Below are positions 39,650 through 52,272 of a stretch of 64,000 bases of DNA, piece after piece. The position numbers and the translations under genes were made by a program. The notes under the pieces were generated by a model. It was not told the origin of the DNA. It was given only the letters and a program-made list of their open reading frames with translations, and did no database searches. Source of the stretch: Felis catus (taxonomy: Eukaryota); the NCBI RefSeq assembly GCF_018350175.1, contig NC_058368.1:93560001-93624000 (forward strand), written 5' to 3'. How positions within the stretch are numbered: position 1 is the first letter of the stretch; every line of letters begins with the position of its first letter.

Positions 39650-40545
39650 AAATTTGAAATATATTGGAGCAAGAACCTATCCATGCAAAATTCGTCATTA
39701 TAAGCAAGCTATTTGTTCTCATCCACACATTGTCAAAATGAAAGTTTGCTCCTGTCAAGAGTAGATGTGATAATGTTGTAAATATACTTATTAACATATG
39801 CCTTTTATGTCCTTTTGTATGTGAATGTGACTCATGCAAAACAGTTTGAGAGCTCCCGTGTTTGTTGGGTACAAACCTGCAGCAGTGATACAAAGGAGGA
39901 GGATATCTTTGTGTAAAGTTTTAGGTTTTATGCATCCCCATTATCAATAATCGAACACAATGATCAACTATGCTAGAGGAAAGACTAAATTATCTTTATG
40001 TTCTATCTTTAGAAGTTTATAAGATTTTATCATAGGAGGAGACCAAGAGCATGCAAAACCCACAGATGTCGGGGAAAAGTCTTGTAAAAAAAATATGTCA
40101 CTTACCTACTAAGATACACTGCTATTTTCCTGGAGTTTGTAATATTCGTGGTATTTACCAGCTTTGAATTCATAATTTGACATCACTGTTTTCATTCCAC
40201 ACATTTACTTCCATACCTCCTTTTGTCTCATAATCTGATATTCTTTTTCTTACAGAGGTTTCCCCACCAAAAACACTGTACAGTAAAACCTTGGATTGTG
40301 AGTAACTTGTTCTGGAAGCATCCCACAAGACGAGAAAACATTTCTAATTTTAACTTGATAAACGAGAAATGTCTTCAATACGTGACGCCGAACGTCGCAC
40401 GATCACAATTGAGCCAATGGTTCTTTAAATTCGGTTTGATATGCAATTGCTTTGGATTACAAGCACGTTGCCCGAACAAATTATGCTCGCAAATCAAGGT
40501 TTTACTATATAAGCTTCAGGTCCAGAAGACCTGCAACCATCTGTG
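39650..40545 (+). mobile_element. hAT-Tip100 (Zaphod/MER115-like) fossil 3' part, including a degenerate hAT dimerisation-domain motif
   Basis: 39961-40014 translates *STMLEERLNYLYVLSLE (hATC RSTMxxERLxxLxxLSIE); 3' end ...tgtataagcttcaggtcc matches the recalled Zaphod terminus. Confidence 0.7.
40281..40507. mobile_element. Tc1/mariner-superfamily (Tigger/pogo-like) MITE, 227 bp, with TA TSD
   Basis: Terminal inverted repeats cagtaaaaccttggattgtgagtaacttgttc / gaacaaattatgctcgcaaatcaaggttttacta; TA at 40279-40280 and 40508-40509; removing it restores the host tgtataagctt. Confidence 0.88.
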
Positions 40546-40976
40546 AATGGAGGGAGTAAAAGCTAGAAGGCACCATGTTTAAGACACAGTTGGAAGAACA
40601 AAAAAATAGCAAGTATAGAAGCTCTTCAGCAGTGTGTTCTAGAAGTAAGAGAATGGGGGAATTTCCATCAAAGAAGTGAGTGAGAAATGATACGAGATAG
40701 TGTTTCACATATTTTTCTGCAGATCCTTGGCTACCCTATCTGGTGGAATGCTCAGTGACGTGATGGATGCTAAGGCAGTTAGGAGCTTGGGAGATCCACC
40801 AAATACACGGACCCTGTATCTCCAGAGTCTCTCCTGGGACCAGCCCTCTACTCTGATCTTGGGTGGGCACCAGGGATAAAGGGAGGTTTGCATCTTAACT
40901 ACCTATTTACCTACACATGTCGTTAGAGTCTTGCAACCATCTAACAATGGCACTTGTTTTTAAACTACAAGAGGCT

Positions 40977-41200
40977 GGGGGCACCTGGGCGGCTCAGTTG
41001 GTTAAACGTTTGACTCTTGGTTTCAGCTCAGGTCATGATATGGTTGGTGGGATGGAGCCCCGAGTCTGGCTCTGCACTGACATCGTAGAGCCTGCTTGGG
41101 ATTCTCTCTCTCCCTCGCTCTCTGCCCCTCCCCCCTCCCCGCTTGCCCTTGCTCTCTCAAAATAAATTTAAAAAGTAAAAATAAATAAAAAGTTTAAAAA
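40977..41200 (+). mobile_element. Can-SINE
   Basis: SINE motifs. Confidence 0.9.
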
Positions 41201-41279
41201 TGAAAAATAAAGTAGAAGAGGCTGTTCAATCAAAACCTCATCAGCACACCCAATATGTTTATCAGAGACAAAAACAAAC

Positions 41280-41550
41280 ATCAAGGAGATGCCAGCTGTG
41301 GTGTTTAGGGGGAGGGCTGGTTTCCTGGTTCCTAAATAGCCATGTTCTTGCTGAGTCCCCACATGAAGGAGAGAGGGAGCTCTGTGGGGTGTCTTCAATA
41401 AAGGCAATACAGTCATTCATGAAGCCTCTGCCTTCTTAATCTATTCATGTCCCCCCAGTCCCTACCTGATCATCTGCTAATGCCATCACAGTGGGGCGGA
41501 TTTCAACTATGAATTGCAGGGAGAGGTCCACAAACATTCAGTCTAGAGCA
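41280..41550 (-). mobile_element. MaLR LTR (MLT1A-like)
   Basis: ctaatgccatcacagtgggg...gatttcaactatgaatt...cacaaacattcagtctagagca. Confidence 0.75.
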
Positions 41551-41845
41551 GCCTCTTTCATGCATCATGCCCTCCCGCCTCAATGAAGTCATCATCCCCC
41601 TATAATTTTACTTTCCTGACCTTCACATGTCTTTCCCGCCTGTCCAAAGAGTTTCCCAGACCTCATCTCTGCCACTGGCCGCCCTTGGCCAAGGTTACTT
41701 ATGCATGGAGGGGGCTCTTCTCCACCATGAACCCATGAGGTTGACGTCACAGAATGCTTTATTCCTGGGTGTATCCTCAGTGCCTGGCACCTGCGGCTTC
41801 ACAGGGGCATGGCGGGCGGCGGTCATCAGATCCCTCTAAAGGCTC

Positions 41846-42610
41846 TGTGACACTAAAGATGGACGTACCGGGTCTGCAGTCAGTTCATTGACTCAGGGGT
41901 CCAAACCCACCCTCCATGGCCGGCTCCGTGAAGAGAGAAAGGAAGCTGCGTTTTGGCTGTGCCAGCTGGCACAGTGTTAAGCTTCGTCAGTAGAGGGCGT
42001 GGGAGGAACACTGGCAGAGGAAGACTTTTCTTCCCTGCTCCTCGGTGCTCCTCAGCAAACCGTACCCCCCCACACACACACACCCCACACAGCTGCCAGG
42101 GCTGTGGGCTCAGGCAGCATAGGTAGCAGGCAGCTGGCAGCCAGCAGCAGCTCCCTCCGACATCCGCTTGGGTCCCAAAGCCTGGTACCTCCCTCTGAAC
42201 AGCTCCCCTTAGCATCCTAGAAGACCTATTTCTAGCAGGTTCCACCAAGGTGGCACTTCAGTGATTTATTCCTCCACCATGGAGTGGGTCCCAGCTGCAC
42301 ACTCTCCAGTGAGGTCTGGATCTCAGCCCGGAGACCGGATAAATCGGGGTGGGGAGGCAGAGGGGGAGGGGGAGGGGGAGGGATAAGAGGTCTTTCAGAT
42401 TCGCCCCTCCCTGCAGTGCTCTCTCTCGGCCCTAGGGACTGTGGCTGCTTCCTAGAAATGTTATTCCTGTTTTCTTCAACATTTTTAGTTCTTACTAGCC
42501 AATTCGCTGGTACCTCAAGCCCTGGTGATAGTTAATATTTATGCTTAACTTTTCCTTTTCAAATTCCTGTGTGGTTGTTGTCTCCTGCTTGCACCCTGAC
42601 TGATCAGACA
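41846..42610 (+). mobile_element. ERVL-type solo LTR (LTR41/LTR52-like)
   Basis: TG start; 3' end gtggttgttgtctcctgcttgcaccctgactgatcagaca is typical of ERVL LTR termini. Confidence 0.55.
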
Positions 42611-43386
42611 GGTGGTCAAAGGAAGGATCCATTTTTCAACATGCTTGCCCTCCCTGATAACAAAACCCGGATAAGCCTTTTGTCTGCCTTGACTGCTGAA
42701 TTTAAAAAGTTGAATCCAGGGGCGCCTGGGTGGCTCAGTCAGTTAAGCACCCAACTCTTGATTTCGGCTCTGGTCACGATCTCACAGTTTATGAGTTTGA
42801 GCCCCACTCTGTGCTGACAGCCTGGAGCCTGCTTGGGATTCTCTCTCTCCCTCTCTCTCTCTCAAAATAAATAAATAAACTTTGAAAAAAAAAATACACC
42901 TGAATCTGGTACCCTGCCATTATATACAGAATTTGACACCAGCGATATTGAATACAAGGCACATAAAGAGTAGTAAAATTATCTTCCATGAAGAACAAAA
43001 GATTATATACTCTGGGGGCAAGATTCACACAGTAATCAACCCCTTACCACAAATGTAAAAAACAAAACAAAACAAAAACAAAAAAACAAAAACACCCTGT
43101 GAGTCAAAACTAGTCACTGAAATGAGCTGTTACTACTAAAGTTGCCACCATCTCCAACTATACCTAGTAAGATTACAGCCCCCAGAAACGTCCACATTGG
43201 TTCCCCAACCAGTGCCCAAAAGGGCAAGTTACTGTTAATTGCAGGTTTCTATCACACCGGGTAACTATCACGAATTCTTCTGAGAACCCACAGATAAATC
43301 AAAAATCAGGTCCGTAATCAGGCTCTTGGGTGGAAAGTGTTTCAACTGCAGTTTGAGCTGAGGAGTGTTCCCAGCTGGGCTACATT

Positions 43387-43405
43387 CCAGCACTAGAGGG
43401 CAATA
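43387..43405 (+). promoter_or_regulatory. Candidate CTCF-binding motif
   Basis: ccagCACTAGAGGGCAata versus core CCAC(C/T)AG(A/G)GGGC(A/G); one core mismatch; sequence evidence only. Confidence 0.4.
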
Positions 43406-43425
43406 TACTCACTGAGAATCTACTG

Positions 43426-43428
<3 letters not shown>

Positions 43429-43478
<50 letters not shown>
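43429..43478 (+). repeat. (CA)n microsatellite
   Basis: Directly visible. Confidence 0.98.
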
Positions 43479-43481
<3 letters not shown>

Positions 43482-46114
43482 ACATGCTTGTTACTGTTGC
43501 TTTATTCCTCCCAATTACAACTGTCAATTAAAGAAAAGAATCCTGGGGCTCCTGGGTGGCTCAGTCGGTTGAGCATCCGACTTCAGGTCAGGTCATGATC
43601 TCACAGTTCGTGGGTTCAAGCCCCACGTCGGGCTCTGCACTGAGAGTGCAGAGCCTGCTTGGGATTCTGCCTCTCCCTCTCTCTCCGCCGCTTGCCCACT
43701 CATGCTCTCTTTGTCTCTCTCTCAAAATAAGTAAACTTAAAATGAAACCAAATAGCCTAGAAGGCTGTGGCGCTAGCTATTTCATTGGGAAATTACAAGA
43801 AAGAAAGTGCAGGGGTGCCTGGGTGGCTCAATCAGTTACATGTCTGATGCTTGATTTCTGCTCAGGTCATGACCTCACAGTTCATGGGTTCAAACCCCTG
43901 CAGGCTCTGCGCTGACAGTGTGGAGCCTGCTTGCTTGGGATTCTCTCTCTCCTTCCCTACCTCAAAACAAATAAATAAACCTTAAAAAAGAAAGAAAACA
44001 CATAAAACAAATGTACAGTTTAAGGAATAAAAGGAGCGAAAACGCATAAATCACCACCCAGGTCAAGAAATTACCATCACTTCAAAGACCCCTCCTCGTT
44101 CATTCCTTCCCACTTATAACTTCTTCCCTGATCCCTACAGGTAACCCTATCCTATCCTGGCTTTTATGATTATGGTCTCTCTTTATATTTTGCACCCACA
44201 TATATATGCTTAAACAATCTGGTGAAGGTTATTCAATATTCATTGAGCATCTAGTACTTGCCAGGCTCTCTTCTGAGCACTTGAAACAATAGTAATAGGG
44301 ATCCTTGCCCTCACGTGGTGATGTTCTATTAAATTTAAGTTGTATCTGTTTTTGAACTTGATAAAAACATCATTCGAGACATAGAGCACCATACTTCTTT
44401 TGCATAACACTGTGAAATTCATTTGTTGTATGTAGGGTTTTTTTGTTTTTTTTTTTAATTTTTTTTAATGTTTATTTATTTTTGAGAGAGAAAGAGAGAC
44501 AGACAGACAGACAGACAGAATACAAGCAGGGACGGGCAAAGACAGTGGGAGACACAGAATCCGAAGAAGACTCCAGGCTCTGAACTGTCAGCACAGAGCC
44601 CAACATGGGGCTCAAACTCACAAACTGTGAGATCATAAGCTGAGCCTAAGTCGGACACTTGACTAAGCCACCCAGGCGCCCCTGTTGTATGTAGTTTTAA
44701 TTTTTGTTTTCTGTAGTACTCCATTGTAAAAATGTTTCATTATTTATTTATTCTGTTACTGATGAGTAACTGTGTGGTTTCCAGGTTGGAATGATGAGCT
44801 TTCCTTTTTTTTTTAACTGTTGGTTTATTTTGAGAGAAAGAGACAGAGAGTGCCAAAAGAGGAGGGACAGAGAAAGAGAAACACAGCATCCGAAGCAGGC
44901 TCCCTCCCGGCTCTGAGTTGGCAGCACAGAGCCCAACACGGGGCTCGAACCCACAAACTGCGAGATCATGACCCAAGCTGAAGTCGGACACTCAACAGAC
45001 TGAGCCACCCAGGCGCCCCAGTGAACTTTCTTGTACATGTTTCCAGATGGACAGAAGCATGAAATCTCTAGGACATAGATGTAGGAGAACTGTTCGTTGG
45101 GTATGCAAATCTTCAAATTGACCAGATGATAAATTATCCAAAATTGCTTGTACCAATTTACCCACTGGCTAGCAACGTGCGAGTTCCTACAGATCCATAG
45201 CCTTCCAAATTCTTGTTATTGTCATACTTTACATTCATAGTCAGTCTGATGTGTTAATGACATCTCAGCGTGATCTTGTTTTCCCTATCTCTGAACAGGT
45301 ATTGGTCTTTAGGATTTCCTCTCTTGCAATGCATCTTTTCAAATCTTTTGCTCACCGAGAGCAGAGGGGTCAGGGGCAATAGTGGAAACACACAAGCAAA
45401 CCTGATGCTGAGTATGTATCTGATACCTCTGAGGACGGCCAATCTCTAAGTTAAGAGTCATTATAATCTAAGGGTGCCTGGGGGGCTCAGTGGGTTAATC
45501 ATCCAACTTCGGCTCAGGTCATGATCTCACAGTTTGTAGGTTTGAGCCCCGCGTGGGGCTCTGTGCTGACAGCTCAGAGCCTGGAGCCTGCTTTGGATTC
45601 TGTGTCTCCCTCTTTCCCTTCCCTTCCCCTGCTCATGCTGTCTCTCTTGGTCTCAAAAATAAATAAACATTAAAAAGTTTTTTTAAAAAGAGTCATTATA
45701 ATTTAGATGTTGATGTTCATGCGCTAACAGCTGCATCACAGTCTAACTGGGTCTGGAATTTGCAGAGGGGACACTACGCCACTCAAGTTACAGAGGGAAC
45801 TCCTTTCAAGAGGTAATTCCAAGGTAATTGTTCATAAAAGCAATACAGAAATCTAAGAGCAAATTTTCATCACCTAATCCCATACACTGGTCTAGCTTGA
45901 AAAATAAAATACAAATAAAATTTAAAAAATAAAAATAGGGCCCCTGGGTGGCTCAGTCGGTTAAGTGTCCTACTTCAGCTCAGGTCACGATCTCGCGGTC
46001 CATGAGTTCGAGCCCCATGTCGGGCTCTGGGCTGATGGCTCAGAGCCTGCTTCCAATTCTGTGTCTCCCTCTCTCTCTGCCCCTCCCCCGTTCATGCTCT
46101 GTCTCTGTCTCAAA

Positions 46115-46297
46115 AATTAATTTATTTTTATTTTATATTTATAAATATATATTATATTATTTTATATTTTATATATATTTTATATAATATATTTTATATT
46201 ATATTATTAAATTTATAAATATTTACATTTATTTATTTTATTTAATTCTCAATAATTAAAATTAAAAAAAATAAAAATAATAAAAATAAAATAAAAT
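46115..46297. repeat. AT-rich low-complexity tract derived from a SINE tail
   Basis: Almost entirely A/T over ~180 bp. Confidence 0.9.
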
Positions 46298-46694
46298 GGT
46301 TAGGGGCACCTGGCTGGCTCAGCCAGTAGAGCATGCAACTCTTGATCTTGGGGTCATGAGTTCAAGCCCCATGTTGGGGGTAGAGTTTACTTAAAAAAAT
46401 AAAAATAAAAATAAAAAAGCATATTATAAAAGAAAAGAAAAAGAAAGTGGTTAAATTACTAGGAAAAAAATTTTCCTTTTTTTCTTCTTCTAGCATATTC
46501 TGTGTTAACAGCACACTTACCACCAGAGAACAGACAAAACAGAAGGAAGGCAAAATATCTTATTTCCCCAATTGAACAAGATCTAAGGAATGCTCATGTT
46601 GTCAAGTACAACCAAGATGTAAATTCTGCTGGGTAACAGAACTATAAAGAAACTGCTAGAGAACCTGCGACTTTGTGAAAGGTGAGAAGGAATT

Positions 46695-46890
46695 ACTAAC
46701 GCTCATTGAGTACTTACACACTAGGCATACGTTACTTCAAAACCCTACAAGGCCGGTGTGTTTCCATTTTGAGATGAGGAAAGCGGCTCTGAGGGTTCGG
46801 AAACATAGCCAAGGTCACCCCCTAGGAGGTAGCAGGTCTGCCGTTTGAACTCCAGCCTCCCTCACTCTAGACCAAGCTCTTTACATTGCC
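46695..46890 (-). mobile_element. MIR
   Basis: ccattttgagatgaggaaagcggctctgagggtt...gccaaggtcacc core. Confidence 0.75.
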
Positions 46891-47309
46891 CTGGATCCCT
46901 GGGCAGTGGCTCCAAAAAGCATGCCAAACAAAAATGCTGTTGGCAAACCTCCAGACAGCAACTGAGCCAGAATTTAAGTGGCACTGATCCGAGCTAGGGA
47001 GAGTTTACCAGAAAAGCTGTCGGCCTTCATCTATGACTTAGTAGGCTTTCAGAAGGGGCACAGTGATTTGCCGACATTTTCTGGTGCGCTTTGGTGAGTG
47101 AGTGAAGACACCCGAAGGACCTTCTACGTGGGCTCTCTGATGCACTGTTCTACCTTTTTAAAGATTTTTAATAGCTCGACTTTTAGTAAGAACTATCTAG
47201 GTGGGAGGGCAAGGGGTCAGGAGCCCTGGGAAATGGCACTTTATTTTCGAGGTACCATGGAGCCATCCAAATGTCCACATAAGGGTCTACACCCAATTCC
47301 AAGGGTCAG

Positions 47310-48693
47310 GGGGAGGGGTTCCTCATACATCCAGCTGGGTGTACCACAATTCAACTCCATTCTGGCACTACCTACCCAGAGATAGCATCTTCAGTTGAAG
47401 AAATTAAAACAAAATGAAACAAATGCCCACAGGCCCAAATGGTGTCACTTAGACCCCAGTTCCCAAACCAGTGCTTCATACATCATCGAATTGCAGGGAG
47501 CCTGGGTGGCTCAATCGGTTAAGCATCCGACTCTTGGTATCAGCTCAGGTCATGATCTCACGGTTCATGAGATCGAGCCCCATGTTGGGCTCCAGGCTGA
47601 TAGTGCAGAGTCTGCTTGGGATTCCCTCTCTTCTCTCTCTGCCTCTCTCCTTCTCTCTCCAGAATAGAGATGAACTTTAAAAAAGAAAAAGGAAACACAT
47701 AATTTAATTGCACTCTTGACCTCCCCAGGAGAGGGGGCGAGGGGGAAGTCAGGAAACTTTTCAGTCAGCGCCAATGAGTCTGCTAGTTGGGCCCCCTCCA
47801 TCCCCCAAAGAAACAGGAGGTCATCTGGAGGCTAAGAGCCCCTGCTATTCCCCCTAGAAAGCAGCCTTGCCTAGAATAATCCTTTCATTTCGCTGATTTC
47901 CTTGCCCCACCCTCCTTCCATAAAAGTCTTCCATTTTGTACAACTCCTCAGATCTGCCCTCTACTTCTGGATGTGGCACTGCCTGATTCATGAATCATTT
48001 AGTAAAGCTGATTAGACTTTCAACGTTACTTGGATGAATTTTGCTACTTAACAAAAGACCTTGGTCCTACAGGACTGCCTCCTCCCCGTGTCAGATGCCA
48101 ATAGCAAGTCCAGATCGTTTCCTGTGCTTCTGACCAACTGGCCATGAATCAGAGGTTCCCACAACCCCCCTTCCTTGGGTTAGAGGAGTCTGCTCCAGTG
48201 GCTCCCAGAACTCAGAAACATTGTATTTACTGGACCACCAGTTCATTATGAAAAGATGCAACTGAGGAACAGCCCGATGGACGAGATGCATAAAACAAGG
48301 GGCGAAGAGGTTCCATGCTCCCTGAGCATGCCACTTTCCCCAAAATTCCAAGTGGGCACCAACACAAGGTCTCCAGACCCCCTCCTTTTGGGTTTTTATA
48401 AAATCTTCATTACATAGGCATGTTTGATTAAACCACGGGCCACTGGTGATTTAACTCAATTTCCAGCTCCTCCTCTCCCTAGAGGTGGGATGGGGAGGAG
48501 CTAAAAGTTCCAACCCTTGCCGACTCCACCAGCAACCACCCCCTATCCTTAGGTGCTATTCCAAAATCATCTCATTAACTGAACACAGGACATCTTTGTT
48601 GGGCTCTTCACTTAAGAAGATCCAAGAGTTTTAGGAGCTCTGTGCCAAGAGGGACGAAGACCAAATACGTACCTATTATAAACCAGTGTCACA
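47310..48693 (-). mobile_element. MER21-type LTR, split by a MER34-like LTR (47395-48052), which is itself split by a SINE (47496-47695)
   Basis: ccagctgggtgtaccacaattcaactccattctggcact (left part) and gactgcc...cagatgccaatagcaagtcc...gaagaccaaatacg...tcaca (right part) match the recalled MER21 consensus. Confidence 0.75.
47395..48052 (+). mobile_element. MER34-like ERV1 solo LTR
   Basis: TG...caggcccaaatggtgtcactta...cataaaagtcttccattttgtacaactcc...ttaACA. Confidence 0.7.
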
Positions 48694-49049
48694 CCATGGC
48701 ACGTTGGCAGTTGTATAAATGGAGTTGGGTCTCAGGGACCCAGGGTGGAGATAAAGTGTGGAACCATTGGCAAAGAGGCAGTTGCTGAAATCATGGGCAA
48801 AGATGAGAACATCTGACTGAGAGGATCATGTGAGTTAGATCTCCATTATGTCGGAAATGTCAATTAACAGACTGGAATTGCAAAATCCTGAAACCCCAAA
48901 GGCAAATACAGATGGTCTAAAATTACTCAAACTTCTCTCCCAGAATGTCAGTATGAGAAAAAAAAAAAAAAAAAAAAAAAAGCAATGATCTAGATTCTCT
49001 AACCTTTCTCTACAGACTTAGCTAATCTGTGTCGAAGAGATCAGATCTG

Positions 49050-49203
49050 TGGGATGCCTGGGTGTCTCTGACGGTTAAGCATCCGACTTCTGATTTCAGC
49101 TCAGGTCATGATCTCATGGTTGGTCTTCATGCTGGGCATGGAGCCTGCTTGGGATTCTCTCTCTCCCTCTGCCCTTCCCCCACTCATGTGTGCACTCTGT
49201 CTC

Positions 49204-49244
<41 letters not shown>

Positions 49245-50350
49245 CATCTGTAACACATTTCCTTACATTGGCAATCCAATCCTGGATAGCCAGCCTAATT
49301 TCAGTTATGATTTTTATAGCACATTTAAGGACCTAATGCTTCTGAGTTTGTCATTCTGGACCCACCTCTTCTATTAATAATATAAGGACAGATGCCCCAG
49401 AGGTCTAGGTCCAAATCAATAGTCACTTGAGGAGTGTCTGGGTGGCTCGGTCAGTTAAGCCTTCAACTCGTGCTTTCAGCTCAGGTCATAATCTCACTGT
49501 TTTTGAGTTTGAGCCCCGAGTGGGGCTCTGCACTGATGGCATGGAGCCTGCTTGGGATATTCTCACTCTCTCTCTTTCTGCCCCCCACCCCCTGCCTCAA
49601 AATAAACAAACAAAAAAATAATAGCCACCTGAATACCAAAGGTATCCTAACATCATTTTATCACAGGGAACCTATAGAAGAAAGACTTGCAAATATCCTT
49701 AGAAAAATGGCCAGTTGAGGAAAAAAAGGGTCAACCTCCTGGATCATCAAAATCTAAGTATATTACAGCCCATAAATTAAGTCTACATCAGTCAGTTACA
49801 TTCCTACATTAAATGGGAACTGACATAATTGACTCAAATAATTGGACTTTATTTATCTCCATCGTCAAGATATTTTGGACTGGGGTGCCTGACTGGCTCA
49901 GTTGGGAGAGCATGCAACTCAATCTCAGGGTTGTGAGTTCAAGCCCCATGTGGGATGTAGAGGTCAGGTTAAAATAAAATCTTAAAAAAAAAAATTTGGA
50001 GGATCAGGGTACCTGGGTGGCTCAGATCATGATCTCATGGTTCGTGCCATCAAGCCCTGCCTTGGACTCTGTGCTGACAGCGTAGAGCCTGCTTCAGATT
50101 CTCTGTCTCCCTCTCTCTCTGCCTGCCCCATCCTCTCAAAAATAAACAGTAAAATGAGGCGCCTGGGTGGCTCAGCCAGTTGAGCATCCATCCGACTTCG
50201 GCGCAAGTCATGATCTCATAGCTTGTGAGCCCCGCGTCAGGCTCTGTGCCAACAGCTCAGAGCCTGGAGCCTGCTTCAGGTCTCCCTCTCTCTCTACCCC
50301 TCCTCCACTCATGCTCTGTCTCTGTCTCAAAAATAAACATTTTTTTTTTT
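49050..50350 (+). mobile_element. Five Can-SINEs (49050-49240, 49429-49620, 49882-49995, 50007-50150, 50157-50350)
   Basis: SINE motifs. Confidence 0.85.
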
Positions 50351-50600
50351 TTAAATGGGAGGACCATGTTCAATGTGATTTTTTCTACTGGCCCTGAATC
50401 AGATATGGAGAGGAGGTTAATATAGACTCTAAACCTTTCTAGTTTCCACAAATAACCTTTTCAAGTATCAAGTAACCTTAGTTGTCAACTACATGCATGT
50501 GGACTGTGGATAGATTAAAACGTGGAGAGAGGTTATTGTGTCTCTTGGCTAAATTAAAATGAATGAAGCAAAAAAACTTTGGAGGGCAGGAGGAGTTCTC

Positions 50601-51422
50601 TGAAACAGAGCTCAAATGAGACTATTTGGGGTAGGCAAGCTGAAGGGATTCCATTTCAAGATGGTTCCATCTCCACTGTTTTCTGCTAGGCCCATCTACT
50701 CATGATCCCTATTTTGCCTCTGAGTAAGCCAAAGAAGCTATGTTCCCAATTCAAGGGGGAAGCCAGGAGGTTAATCATTTTGAGTTTTGTCCTAGGCCCT
50801 AAACACCTGATAACACCTCAGAATAACCAGATCTCAAACATGTTCTAGGACATTAGCTTCAAACACACCTTGGCTGACAATGGCATCAAGACCCCTGAAG
50901 GCTCAGTTGGTTGAGCATCTAACTCTCGATTTCAGCTCAGGTCATGATCCAGAAGTTTGTGAGTTCGAGACCCACATCAGGCTCTGCACTGATGGTGCAG
51001 AGCCTGCTTGGGATTCTGTCTCTCCCTCTCTCTCTGCCCCTCCTGTGCTCATGCTCTCTCTCAAAATTAATAAATTAAAAAAAAAAAAAAAAAAGATCCT
51101 ACCTTTGGTAATTTATGGAATAATACCTATTGTTCACCTGACACTCGCCTCTGATCAGACCTTCCCCTGGATTCCTGAAGGAAAATGTACCCTTGACCCT
51201 TCTCTATCAAAAACCCCTAACCCCAAGCAATGATGAGACCTTTCTCTCGTTTTCCGAGTCTCCCAGACACTCCATCTATTCTCTGTCACTCGCGCTATTC
51301 AATAAACTGTCTTCACTTTCTCTGGCTCACGTTTGATGTCTATCCTGCCTGATGCCAAGGACCCTCGTGTTTGGTCTGATGGGACCCTCCCCTGGGCTCA
51401 CAGACCTGGCCTGCCTGCATCA
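50601..51422 (+). mobile_element. ERV1-like LTR interrupted by a SINE (50900-51093)
   Basis: TG...CA ends; AATAAA at ~51301; U5-like ttgatgtctatcctgcctgatgccaaggaccc. Confidence 0.6.
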
Positions 51423-51429
51423 TATTCAC

Positions 51430-51915
51430 ACAGTGACATCTTTTTGAAAGGGGACTTGGACAACCTCCATTGTGACCTCAAAGTCAAAGTTGACCTCAAG
51501 TTCTTCTTCCCAGCTCATCTCTTAACTCAGACAGAAGACCCTAAGTGCAAAGCATCCCCTGATGGGAAGGAATCCACCTGCACAAGCAATGAGGGCTACC
51601 CTGAGCCACCAACTCCCCCTCGGGACTGACCCCAAGACAATCATCGGGGTGACCTTCATTGCCCACCTGCATGTACTTGACCTTTGTCCCACATTTTCCT
51701 TATATAAACCTGGAAGTATTTTCAGTGCTATGGGAACAGTCTTTGAGATGCCAGTCCACTATCTTCCTAGTGTTGGCATCACTGAAATAAATTCCTTTCC
51801 TGTTTTACGTCCCTTCATCCCTCTGACTTTAGGTTTTGTCAGCAGCAAGTGACTGAACCTAGTCTGTTTGGGACCCTGGAGCCAGGTGCCCTTGCACCCC
51901 TGTGCTCTGGCTACA
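51430..51915 (+). mobile_element. Second ERV1-like LTR (possibly the host of the previous one)
   Basis: TATA box ttatataaa at ~51700, gtctttgaga...tcttcc...aataaa at ~51787, ends gctaCA. Confidence 0.6.
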
Positions 51916-52272
51916 TTTTCTTTTCTTTTTAGGGTAAGCTCTACACCCAACATTGGGGCTCGAACTCACAACCCTGAGATCAAGAGTCACACACGCTATC
52001 CACTGAGGCAGCCAGGCACCCCCGGCTCTAAAGCAAGAAACCCCCGGTTTCTGAAGCAACTTATATTTTAGGTAAAGGAAAAACATGAAGGGTACTAGAG
52101 AGTATGGACCAAGACAGATCTGGGGGCACAGTCACCAAAGTACACACGTCTCTGCTAATGACTGGACAAGACAGGAATGTAGATTATGGAATTTCCCCTA
52201 GGTAAAACCGAATACCCCATCCATTTTAGAAGCAATCATCTCTATCCGAAAATGGCCTATGATATTTCTTAC

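Larger units (their letters stand above)
42719..46440. mobile_element. SINE-dense block (42719-42895+, 43545-43745+, 43812-44000+, 44445-44682-, 44805-45019-, 45471-45690+, 45937-46120+, 46303-46440+) over an old minus-strand L1M fragment (~44005-45360)
   Basis: SINE motifs; L1M-type tgtaccaatttacccact...ttcctacagatccatag...cttgttattgtc. Confidence 0.8.
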
